Source: Microbotryum violaceum (lineage: Eukaryota). From it: a stretch of 64,000 nt of DNA. The stretch is taken from assembly GCA_001244265.2 (NCBI GenBank), contig CDLV01000012.1, forward strand, positions 1,426,001 to 1,490,000, written 5' to 3'. A program made the position numbers and the translations under genes. The notes under the pieces are model-generated. The model saw only the letters and a list, made by a program, of their open reading frames with translations, did not search any database and was not told the DNA's origin. Positions within the stretch are counted from its first letter, which is position 1; every line of letters starts with the position of its first letter. This document shows, piece after piece, positions 22,180 through 33,724 of this stretch.

Positions 22180-24525
22180 AACATAGAAATGGGAAGTCTT
22201 GGTTAATCCGTTCATATCTGGGCCAACATAATAGCGGTTGCGGTGCTGTGGAAAGTGGGTAGTTCGCGGTGACCACACCGGGATCATTTAGGAGAGGTGT
22301 AACACACCTCCTGAGGCTCAACCATCGCGAGCGGGAAATCGACGTCGCATACGCTTGCAGCACCAAGTATAGCCAACCGATTCCAACCGATTCCTCTTTT
22401 TAAGTTCCCATATAATTTATCCACATCCCTTTTAGAAGGAGCACTACAACGCGACCCTTCTCGGCGGAATCCGCTGAGCAGAATCCGTCGGTGGTCGTGG
22501 GAGCTGATTTGAAAGACCGTATCGTTCAGCGAATACGGTTCACGTCTTCTCGCACCGGAGCTGGCGTGTCATTGAAGATTGCGAGTTCATTTAGATGTAA
22601 CTGATTGGTTGAACTTATCGATTAATGAACCGTTCGCATGTCTGGGAAGAGAGTGAAAGGCGTCAGTCGTGGGGCGAGGAGCGTTAACACCCGAAGTAGA
22701 GGAGTCACGAAAGCCCGAATATTCGCCTGCCGAGTTGCACTTTATGACGTAAAGCTTGAATCCAAGAGGGACAGAGATGCCAGGCATCATCTGAAGATGA
22801 AACGAGATTCACTTATGTCAGTAGTCACGTGTAAGACAAAACGATATCAGTGAGCTGGTGGACGATATCGGTCTGATGTCGGTGGACTTGGACTGGTCAC
22901 CGAACCGGTGAGAGGCGGAAATGCAGCGTCGGTGGGTGATCACCCGAAGGCGAACCGAAATAAGTCCTGGGACGCACAAAGCTCCTCCACCCAAGTAAAA
23001 ACCACGATGGTGTTCTTCGATTGCGCCGGCGATATGGTGAGAGGCGCGTGCGACGGCGTGAAGGAGTTGACCGCGATGTGACGCCAAAAAGTCAGGAGGT
23101 ACGACGAAAGCTCCGACTCCCCAAGCATGCGCCTGCACGTACCACCAAATGTGTCTTTGGCTGAAAGGTTAAATTTGACAGTCCAGGATTCTGTTTCAAT
23201 CCTGTTCGAAACAGGTGGATAGTGGATCGATATGGGTGGTTACAGAGGTGTGTTTAGCGTATTGAAACCCAGGCCCGCCAAACGCACTAGCCGTTCCGAC
23301 GGATGCTCGGACCTGTGAAACGGCTTCGCCAACTCTCCAGCTTCTCACTCTGCTCAGAGCTGGGTTTTACTCTTGGTCATTCAATGCTCCACCTCGGTTA
23401 TGATATTTCGCGTATATGTTGAACAACGGCCTCTGGCCCTGCATATTCTTATAGGGCGTGCGGCCAGAGGTTTCGTCACGTCGGAAATCGCGCGCCAGCG
23501 GATGCGTGATCGAATGGGCCGCTGGGATCATGTGACCGACTGTGCTAGGAATCTGACCTCAGCGTGATGACGAAGACTTTCGTGGTCGATAGAGTCCATA
23601 AGCTTCCGGGCGATTAGACAAGTGGAGCCGAGTTCTATGCTGAAAAGCCCGAGCGCGGAGAAACCCGCGAGCTGACACAGGCCTCCTATCGTAGGCGCGA
23701 GACTTGAGCACGCGGACGGCCACTGAACCGAGAAGGGATCCGAGACCCGACGCGGATGTCTGGCCAATTTCGCCAGTGAGACGCGTCGGCTTCCATCGGG
23801 TTTAGGACTGTTCCATCTGTGTGCAAGCAAAGGGGGAGAACGGCCGTGATCATGTCGTCGAAGGGAACCCCGATCCCATTGGCCCGGCTCGTGGTGGAAG
23901 CAATTATCGCTCTCGTGGGCTTTTTTCCTCCACGAGGAAAAATGAAATACGCCCTCCGAAGAAAGGAGTACATGTCTTAGGCAAGCAAACTTGATGCATG
24001 GCCATCGGGGAGCGCAGGTAAGCTCATGACTGCACGGCAAATCATTTCCCGAGGTTGTCTCACCGCGAAAGCGCTCTAGCGCGGCCGGCGCCGACACGCA
24101 GAGCGGCGGGTCCTGTAGTTCGAAATAGAGATTTGATGACACCTTCGATGAGTCGCATAATTCCGAGCAGGAACGAGGTATAACCCCGGTTGGGGAAGGG
24201 GCTGGGGTCGTAAGGTTATTGTTGGACACCTGCTGACGGTAAAGCTATATACTACATCGAGCCGGGTACAAATTTCGGCATCAGCCTGGCGACTCACTAC
24301 TGGACTGGCGATCAAGTTTGTCCCAGTGGGTGTTGCTGGTCGAACATGTTGTATAAGCGTGACTGCCTCTTGTTTCAAGACCGTCCAAGTTGGGACCACG
24401 CTCGGAGATGAGCTCCGATGGCTTTCGATCCTCTGCGAGCTAGTGGTCTCACCAGGCTGCCCAGTTTCCGAATGCTGTGCTCGTCTTGAATAGCCCCTGA
24501 CACATTCCATCTGAGCGCTGGTCAA
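22180..24525 (-). pseudogene. Possible decayed gene or TE of unknown family
   Basis: Several protein-like minus-strand frames with no recognisable domain (e.g. 22940-23128, 23686-23973, and an open frame of about 95 codons at about 22283-22568). Confidence 0.25.
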
Positions 24526-25318
24526 CTCCGATTTCCACTAAGAAATCCACGAAAGCCGCGTCGGGCCGATGCCCGTAGTTTTGACCCAGCCAGAACTGTT
24601 GTCACGCGACTTTGAGACTAGACGGACTACTCGGAGCAGTGAGACTTCAGTCGGGGGCAAAAGTGAGCAGACGATGTGCCTCCTCTCGCGATTGATGAAA
24701 GTGTTCAGGCCAGACGGTTCACCAATTGATTATTTACGATGCTTTGATGAGCTGCCTGCTCTGACTTCGGGTCGCGGTGAAAAGGGCCGAAGGAATCGAG
24801 ATGCCTGGCACCGCCCGCCGGACCTCGCACACGTAGAAGTGCGAGCAGCGGAAGGCGGCCCGGAAGCGCGCGATCGCCGAAGCTCATCGCGTTGGCGCAC
24901 ATGGCACCTGTAGTTTTGTGGGGTCAGGCAGATCTACTCGGCTGAAACCGTTCTTGTTGATCAGTGATCGGGGTGCACGGCAGCGATCGCTCCGTCACTT
25001 TATTAAATCTGGGCGGTGAGTCGGCCCTTTTTTCTCCCCTTTAAATCGCGTGTCCCTCTTTTCTTTGGAAACACTGGACATAAAACGGTCCAAACGTGTT
25101 CGTTGAGTGAGGCGCGTCAGCGTGACGCTGCTGTTGGTGCGGAGCACTCAGTCTCGGAGGCACACACCGTCGCCCGGCCCCTGAAAACTTGCAGCTCCGC
25201 TATCGACCTCACAGCCGCTATTGTCTCATCTTTTCCGACTCCGAGTTCGGCATACTAGCAAGTACGACGTGGGCGCTTTTTGCCTCCCCTCCTCTGCACT
25301 TGATCTGAGGGTCGAGAG

Positions 25319-28300
25319 ATGTCGAAGAGTTTCGACGACTCGGACTCGACGTCAGACATGTCCCCCTCTGCACTAACCTACTCGACGTCCGTGCCTGCCG
25401 GTGCGCCTCGACCCGACGTCGACGACGGTGACGCCGGCGGGGTCGGGATCGGCGCTGGGGCGCCGCAGCGCAGCTCGACCTCGACCACCAAACGCGCTCG
25501 CAAAGTCAAGGAGCGGCTACGAATCACACACGCTTGCGAGCGATGCAAGTACAAGAAGGCGCGTTGCAATGTAAGCTCATGACCAGAGAATCTGCCACCA
25601 ACCTTTCGAATCGCCAGGGCGGGCGAGTCCGTCGCATCTGAGTCCGACACCGTGACTGACACTCCATTCGCTTCTCTCTGTTGGCTTTCGGGTCGCCTTT
25701 CGCACGCGCCTCGACGGATTGCCCTCCCGTGGTTCGTGCTGGACTATTTGGGTGACCTCTGATTCACGCTCGATCATTTGGCCCCCTCTCGCTTGATTTC
25801 GGCCTCGAATACATGAACGCGATCGACCCTCCCATCATCATCACTCCCCTCCCCCCTCCCATTTAAATTTAATTTATTGGCTGCCCCCTCTTTACAGGGC
25901 GACCAACCTGTGTGCGCCAATTGCAGCAAATCAAAGGCCGAATGCATATATCAACCCGAGCTTGACGGCCGAAAGCGAAAAAAACTGACCCGGACGACCC
26001 TACCTGCACGTTCGGGCTCGTCGTCGTCGTCTACGTCGCATCGAATCATGGAGGCTTCTCGTGAAGACTCGTTGGGTTATCACCAGGGCAGCGGCGCCTG
26101 CGCATCGGAACCGGGTCGGTCGCGCCCCAGGCACGATCGCCCCCCGACGTCCGACCCTACCGGTGCATTCGCTGCTACAAGCGCCGACGACGCTGACAAC
26201 ACGGTCCGGTCCCCGCCTCAGCATCACCACGGCCTCTCCCATCATCATCCTCACTCTGCCGCGCCAAGTCACTACCACCACCCGCATCAGCTGCCACCGC
26301 CCCATCCTCATCACCACCACTTTGAGCCTGATGGCCCTCCCGACCTCCCCGGCAATCTCGTCGATTCGAGGTGGACGCCTTCGCACCACCATGCGAGTAG
26401 TGCTGGGGGCAACTCGTCGGTGGATCGTCTCAGTCTACCACCCGAACACTTTCACCATTCACCTCACCAGCCATTACCGCACATGTCGTTGCTGAACCTC
26501 TCGAACCCGATTCTTCCCCCGCCGACCGGTCCCGGGTGGCCCATGGTGTCGCCGCATCAGATCTCGCCTTCGATCGACCACGGGCAGTATCACGAGCAAG
26601 AGTCACCGTTCCATCACCAGCAACAGCCCTTGCATCCCCCGCTGTCGCATTCGCATTCGCATCCGCATCCGCATTCACTTTCACATCCGCATTCGCATTC
26701 GCAGCCGCACCACCCCTACCCGCCGCACCAGGATCAGAATCAGCATCAGCAGCAGCAACAGCATTCCGAGCAGCAACAGCAGCATGATCACGAGAATCAG
26801 AAGCATCAACGATCGGGGTACGATTTTCACCACAACCCTCCCGTGCTCCCGAGTTACATCGGTTTGATGGGGCCGAACCACCCGCACACGGGCCCTCCTA
26901 TCCTCGGCTCGGTCCCACCCGTGGCAGGAGGTCAAGCCAGTGCTCTGTCACCTTCACCCTCACCACCGCCACATCATGGTCATCATCAGCTACACCATTT
27001 GATACGACACGATTTTGCGGCCCACCCCTCGCAAGACCCTCCTTCATCCGTCGAGGCCGACCCACACCACGCGGGCGTCGACCCAGGGGCGTCAGGAGGT
27101 TCGCTAGATCAGCTTAGCGCACTCGCCGCCGAACGGCACGGAATGGAGGACTATCGGCCCATGGGCCGTCCGATCGAGTTCAACTACCTGAGACCCTTTG
27201 GACCGACGGCTATCCAACCCGGACTTCAGCAAGTCAGTCTCTCGCTCTCGTCGATCGAGGCTCACCAACCCATGATGGGGACGCCCGGTCCGCGCGATCC
27301 TCATCGGAGGACACCCTACTCACTCGCGCGGCATGGGAACCATCTTTTTCGGGACCCTAGTCCACCCGACCACCTCTACGCACCTGGTTCCGATATCCCC
27401 CGACAGGACGTGCTCGACGACCTTGTGCCCCTCTTTTTCCTCCGCATGGGATCCGAGTTCCCCTTTCTGAACGTGCGGCACGTGCAAGAGGCGTGCGGGC
27501 TGGAACCGTTCGGCATCTCTCACCCTCAGGGACGGAAAAGTGGCTCCTTGTCATCGACTCAGCTCGACGGTCCCCTTTTGGTCAACACGATTTGTGCTGC
27601 CGCAGCTCGGTTTTCTGAAGCTTCGTCGATCGTACAGCTCGAACAAGAGCCCGCAACATGGGGCATCGCATTCGCGAACAAGGCCAAGCAGCTCCTGACG
27701 CCTCTACTCGGCTTGCCGTCGTCGGGCACGGTCGCGTCGTTGCTGCTTCTCGCGCACCACGAGTTTGGGCTCAATTCCGAAGGTGCACTTTGGATGTACA
27801 CAGGGATGGCGGTCAGGATGGCGCAGGACATTGGACTGCACTTGAACATCCGGAGGCCAACGAGTGATCGGAGGAAGCGCGCGCAGGACTCGCTGCTGTG
27901 GTGGAGCTGCGTGACGATGGACCGCGTGCTCTCGATCGGTACTGGCCGAGCTTCGATGGCGAAGGAACACGAGTTATTTGTGAGTTCATTTCGGTTATCC
28001 ACCTCGTGAGGTTGACTTTGTTCCGGGCTAATTGAGTCCAGTCTCGTCGTTTGACGCAGCTCCCCGCTCCAACGGACGAGGACATTCAAGTCGTTGCCCA
28101 AGACGTAGCGGTTCCAAATTTGCGCAGTCTCTTACCTTCCCCGTTCCCACACTACGTCGCACTGCAAAGATTGGTCGGCCAGCTGGCGGATATCGTGAAC
28201 GGTACTTCAACGAATTGGGGCTTTCCGATGGACGACGGTGCATCGGCCGACGATGACCGCGAGGCCATCTCGGCAGAGTCCTCGCATCGTCTGGCGGGAT

Positions 28301-29610
28301 CCGGCACCGAGCGTGGGGCCGAAGACCTCTACGCACTCGAGCACGAGATCCGCACGCTGTATCACAATCTCCCCCGAGATCTTGGGTGGTCGACTTCCAA
28401 GTGAGTGTTCTGTGAACAACTGTCTTCGGATGACACGGTGTTAATTTCTCGCCCTCACCCCGCAGCTTTCGACGTCAAATTGCACGTGGTACGGTCCCCG
28501 TGTACCTCCATTTGCACCTCTGGTACCATGCCGTCATGATCATTCTCTACCGGACGCCGGTGCTACACTCCAAGCTCAACGCCGCAAAGCCTGCTCTCAC
28601 AGACCGCTTGCGCCAATCGATTGTCTCATCGGCGTGCGATTCGATCCGAGAGGTCCTTGCGGTGTCCGAGACGATCGATGCTTCGAGAATCGCATCATGT
28701 CCTTTTGTTCATCAGCCGCTCTTCGTTGCTGCGCTGGCGTGGGCGCAGGAGTATCGACTGCGTACTGGGCGTGATGTCTTGTCGGCGCCGCCTTTGAACT
28801 CGCATGCTCGGGCCCAGATCGAGGGCAACACCGAAGCGAACGGACCGGGCTCTGCATCGGCGGCAGGAAGCGACATTCTCGCGATCGAAGCGTCGAAGAA
28901 TTACCATCTTGCGTCTGCGGCGTTGGCGAGACAGTCTCAATTCTGGTTGGGCGTGCGCGGGATTGTCAAGCTTCTCGAACGGCACGCGATCGGCGCTTCC
29001 GGGGAAGGTGTAGATCCTCAGATTCATCCGAGTGGATCGCAGGTGTTGTTGACGCTGTGTTCGGAGGATGAAATGGGCATTCTCGCGAGGTTACACTCGA
29101 GGATGGGTGGAGGATTTGATGCAAGGGAGGGAAAGGGCATGGCGACCCCCAGTATGGCTTCGACGAGCCCACAGGGCGAAGTAACGAATCGGGATCAGGA
29201 TCATCGGCATCGTCCGATGAGATTAGGTGAACAACAGACGGTGGATGCGCTGTTTGGGATGCTGCACCCTCCGACGTCAATGTTGGGTGATGAAGGTGGC
29301 GTTCTTCGTTCGTCGATCATGAGCGAGAATGGTTCTTCGTCGAACGTAAACAACCGCCCGCCCACGAGCCAAAGTGATTCGGCACCCAACGCAAGCCCTC
29401 GAGTTGACCTGACCCATGATGACTTTGCTCTGGCTTGTGAGTGGATCGCTTCTATGGGTTCTCGACAATGACAGAATATCAACTAACATCATCTTTCCCT
29501 CCCCACCGGCAGACACCTTCGCAGGCTCGATCCCTGCCGATGGAGCACCTCGAACCGGACCCTCTTCCGCGCCAGTACATGGCACACAACCTTCGGCTTC
29601 TTGGAGATGA
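25319..29610 (+). CDS. Zn(II)2Cys6 transcription factor with fungal-specific TF domain
   Basis: ACERCKYKKARCN/GDQPVCANCSKSKAEC split by an intron (about 25571-25897); His/Gln/Pro-rich linker; WMYTGMAVRMAQDIGLH..LWWSCVTMDR. The last intron (29437-29512) gives a stop at 29610. Confidence 0.9.
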
Positions 29611-29954
29611 TGCTCAACCGAACTCCTGCTCGTCTGCTTCACCGCACGTCCCGTACTTAACCCCTCTCTCATCTTAAGCCTCGTGATATGCTTTCCCCCC
29701 GCTTCCTCTAGCCATCAGAAGCAGCTTTGAATTTGTGCCCCACATCCATTTTTGCGTGTGTGGCCAGAGCTCAAAGAGCCAACGATCAAAAAATTCTGGA
29801 TCCCTTTCGCCCTCGCCAGCACTTTGCTTCTCTTCCTCGCTTTCAGTCTGGCAAAGCAGCCTTTTCTCTCTGCTGACCTTGCCGCAGGGGATTTTTTGTT
29901 TGAAAAAGAAGAATGAATGGTCTCTCGCAATTTGAAAGCATGTATCAGTTCGTT

Positions 29955-32338
29955 TCAGGTCAGAGGTACCCGAGAAGAAGGAATCACAGCGAGTACAGCG
30001 AGACCAGCACTATTGCTGCGCAAAAGCCCTGTCCCCATGTTCAGGCTCATCCACTCGTGTTCGGCACATACGTATTCCTCGACCCTCTTCGCTTTTTCTC
30101 TTCCAAGAGTTGTTGTCGAGCTTTCTCTTCGGCATGAGAAGGGCCTCCGATACGGTCTAGGGCGCCTCGAACGAAGGCGGAGTTGATGCATGTCGGGTAG
30201 GCCTACGTAGAGGGGAAGCGATTTAGTGAGGGTGGAACGCATAAGGAAAGCGTGGAGAGAGGACTTTACATCGTGTAGTGTCATCAGTGTAGACATGGAG
30301 AAGGCAAAGACGAGGACATCTCCGTGACTTGATGAGCAGAGGGGTTTCTTTCAAAGTCAGTCTCTGACTCCATCTCGAGGACACAAAAGATGATCGCTCG
30401 ACTCACGGAATCGACCTGATCTGCTTCTTCGCCACGGCCGTATCCCAAACGCACTGAATCGCCGTTCTCGATGCATACAACCCTAGATCCATCGTTCGTC
30501 GTCCGCCGACCAAGCCAACCCATAGTGCGGCCAAGAAACCTTGGACGAAGAAGCGTTTGGTCTTGAGGAACGAGTTGGGGAGGTAGTGCTGTAGAGCGCA
30601 GACCATGGACCAGGAAGTGCCCAGGGATAGGGAGAGGAAGAGGGAAGAGGTTGTTGTGGAGAGGAGAGCACGGTAAATAGATTCGTCTGGTGTGCGAAGG
30701 GATTTCTTCCATCTGATGAGGAGACCGAGGAGGGAGAGTGCTCCGAAGAGTTTTGATGCCGAAAGGGCTTCTCGTGTTATGAAGTTCCTAGCGACGGATT
30801 GGCATTCCGTTTGATCGGGGTGGAGGAAGGCGCAGACCAATCTCGAGTGGCCGGGATGGGTACGATCCAAAATCGGCGTGATCTTGTTCAAGATGGGATT
30901 ATCGAAAGAACGTGGGGCGCTGGGGTGGATCAGAGGGGAGACGAATGCGGGCCATCGAAGACGCGAGGATTCGGCTATCGCTGCGATGATATCTCGGGGT
31001 GTCAGCCAGGGTGCTGATGCGGGCAGTTGGGCAGGACGGGCGGGGAGGTAGGCCGACGAGAAGCGGAGAATAAAGCTAGAGTAGGCGGCGGGGAAGGTCG
31101 AAGGGTTGTAGACGAAGGAGTGGAGCAAGAGACCATTTGCAAGACTTTTGAGGTCATGAGGGCATCGCTGATGATCAGTGATATGATATGGGTAATCGGA
31201 AAGTGAGCTGCAGTTGGGCGCTTACGCAAAGACAATGTGACCTCCCCACCACCATCTTCCTTCGATCATGGCTTGGGGCAACCACCTCTTATTACCGGCT
31301 CCTACGATCATGCCATGCAGAGCCCGAGTGAGAGAATAGACAGAGATAGTCTGTAAAGATGACTTCAACTTGTCAGCCATTCTCCTCATCAGAAAAAGTT
31401 AAGGATCCGAGTGACTGACGACTCTTCTTTGGCCTCGGGGCTCAAGGAGTATGATGGGGCTGGCGATCAAGGCGGCCAAGAAGGGTGGAAGACCGTCGGA
31501 AAGCAGCAGCTTGTTTTTGATTCGCTTGAGTGAGCTGAGCTGTTGCCTGCTTCTGTCGGTCTTGCTGTCGGAGGCATAGTCGGGCAGAGTTGACCGAAGA
31601 CGAGACAGGACGAGGCGGTAGCAAGCGGAAAACCCGGCAACAAAAGAAGCGAGACGCAAGGACGACGACACGCGCAAGGAACGTAGGATCGATGAGAGTC
31701 TGTTTTAGCGATAAAGGAAGGCCCGAGAACATCAGCGCAGAGAGCAGTGTCCTGCCAAGCCATTCCGATGATCGTACTTTTGGCGCCTTAGCAGGCCGAG
31801 AAGCAGGTTTTCGTAAACAACGCCAAAGGTAAAGACGAGCGCCAGCAGTCGAATCGCGTGACGGGATACAACGAGTTCAAGTTGACTGAAAAAATTGTGA
31901 CCCGACGTTGACACGTGGAGAAATTGGTTAAAGCACGTGAAAGACGGCCCTTTCAGGAGAGAGTTCGGACTGACTCTTCATTCGAGATGAACCTGTTCAC
32001 GTGGGCCTCGTCGGCAGATGGTCGTCGAGGAAGCGGAACGCGCGATCCTAAGGTCTTGACGAGTCGGTCATACTCGGATGTGGTTACTGTGGGTATTTAT
32101 AAGGGATCGTTAGTGGCGAGCGTACACCGAGACATCTCGTGGCATTGCGCGGGCGGCGTGGATCGGCGATGGAGCATTGGAGGTGTTCTCACAGCCAGCC
32201 CGAGTTCGCACGCTAGATGCGGCCCGGGGTCTACGCTAGTCCGTGAAGGTCGAATGATGGGGATTGCGGTTCGCATACAGGGAGGATGGACTTGCAGATG
32301 TAGGACAACTTGTTCATCTGAGCTGGAGTGAGCGTCAT
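29955..32338 (-). CDS. TMEM135-like (Tim17-family-related) membrane protein; 5' exons tentative
   Basis: Hydrophobic exons LRLASFVAGFSACYRLV, FLAALIASPIILLE, LLHSFVYNPSTFP, CAFLHPDQTEC and FFVQGFLAALW with GT-AG introns. Start tentatively MTLTPAQMNKL at 32338. Confidence 0.6.
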
Positions 32339-33199
32339 CGTGTGTCCGGCAGCTCGAATAGCCCTGAACGAAGGGCCCCACTGCGCGTACAGCTCGAGCT
32401 TCGAAGGGCGATGTGAAGCTCCTCCGGTCAAGCCCCGGTGCCGTGAGCCGGGTCAAGATGAAGGGTGGAGCTTTGCAATCGATCGGCCGGGTCGGAGATC
32501 GCGCGCGGTCCGTTTCTAACGCACAATTGCGCCGCGGCGGAGGACGAACAATTTTCCGAGAATTTATAGACATCTCTATAGTAGTGAAATCCGAAGGGAA
32601 TAAAGAGAACCTAACTTGAGCGCGCTTTACTCCGTGCTCACCCATGCGCCGCGTGTGTCGCTGCGGTCGGCCGCGGTATCATTGATTGTTTTGGGGGCTT
32701 GTGACTGGAGCTAATTCGCGCCCTCGTTCAGGCTCATTCCTTCTCAACCTTTTCAACCTTTTCGCATCGACTACACCTCGGCCCTTCTACCTATTATTTT
32801 TGTCCCTCGACCCCGGGCAAGCCTGCGTCACCAAAAACCATTATTGTTTCCGTTGGTCCCGTCTTTTCATTGCCCACTGCTACGACGACCGCTTTCTCCG
32901 TGTCGGGTCTGACAGGGTGGGAGGAGCGGACTAGAGGACTCCCGAAAGCCCAGCCAGAGGCGGCCTGCAAATTTGGACATTCTGGGGACCGGAAAATCGG
33001 CTAGGCAGCCCGCAAATTTGGACAGTTTGGCTCAAAATGGGTCAAGGCTCACCTCATTATTGGACATTTTCCTCCCTCCGGTCGAGCTTTGAAGCGCAGA
33101 ACAGGGTAGCGGGATCGCGGGAGGCTGGCTCAGGCGCAGGGCATAGCCGGCCCAGCGGCGCGCTGTTTGCGTTTGGAGCGCGTTAGTGTCTGCATTTGC

Positions 33200-33338
33200 T
33201 GTAAGGTATGCGCCTCTGATGTGCTTAAGATCTGTCGTTCTTGACCGCTAGGCTAAAAGCAAGTCGTAACTAGAACTTGATAGTTCCAGCTACTCAGAGG
33301 CTACTTATGGGGCTGTTCCTGTGAGGCATCCCCTTACA
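33200..33338 (+). mobile_element. Short solo-LTR-like element, copy 1 (139 bp)
   Basis: TGTAAGG...CCTTACA termini with a perfect 5-bp TSD (TTTGC); homologous to 48628-48789. Confidence 0.85.
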
Positions 33339-33361
33339 TTTGCGATCGTTTATTGTTTTTT

Positions 33362-33724
33362 GATCGTCTCTTGCTCGGAACGCCGACTTGTCGAGCTATA
33401 TCTTCTCTTCTTCCTTTCGAACTGGAAGCTCTATCGCCGAGAAATATCTTTCTTTTCTTAGTCGGTCGATAGATTCACAGGGTTCGCCGGCGCCGATTCT
33501 CGTCGGATTCTTTGGAACCGATCACCGAAATGGCACTCCGAGTTGAAGAGCTCCGGGCGTCAATTCAGGAGTCCAAGGCTCGCCTTGTGTCTCTGTATAT
33601 CACCCAAGGGGAATTTGGTGGGCATGATTGATTCTGATTCAGGGTCAATGGGTCCTACACTACTGCCCTAGCCAGTGTGCTTAACTGCATTGCCTGCGAG
33701 TTTTCCAGAGATTTCTAGGTATTA
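33362..33724 (+). mobile_element. 5'-truncated, diverged copy of the LINE 3' end
   Basis: Colinear similarity with about 21743-22049 (end of ORF2 plus 3' UTR), e.g. GATTCTCGTCGGAT..TTTGGAACCGATCACCGAAA, CAGGAGTCCAAGG and GATTTCTAGGTATTA. Confidence 0.9.

Noticed and set aside
33261..33270. AAGTCGTAAC resembling the SSU rRNA 3' conserved motif
   Set aside because: Only 10 nt match, with no flanking rRNA similarity; it lies in the core of the LTR-like repeat.
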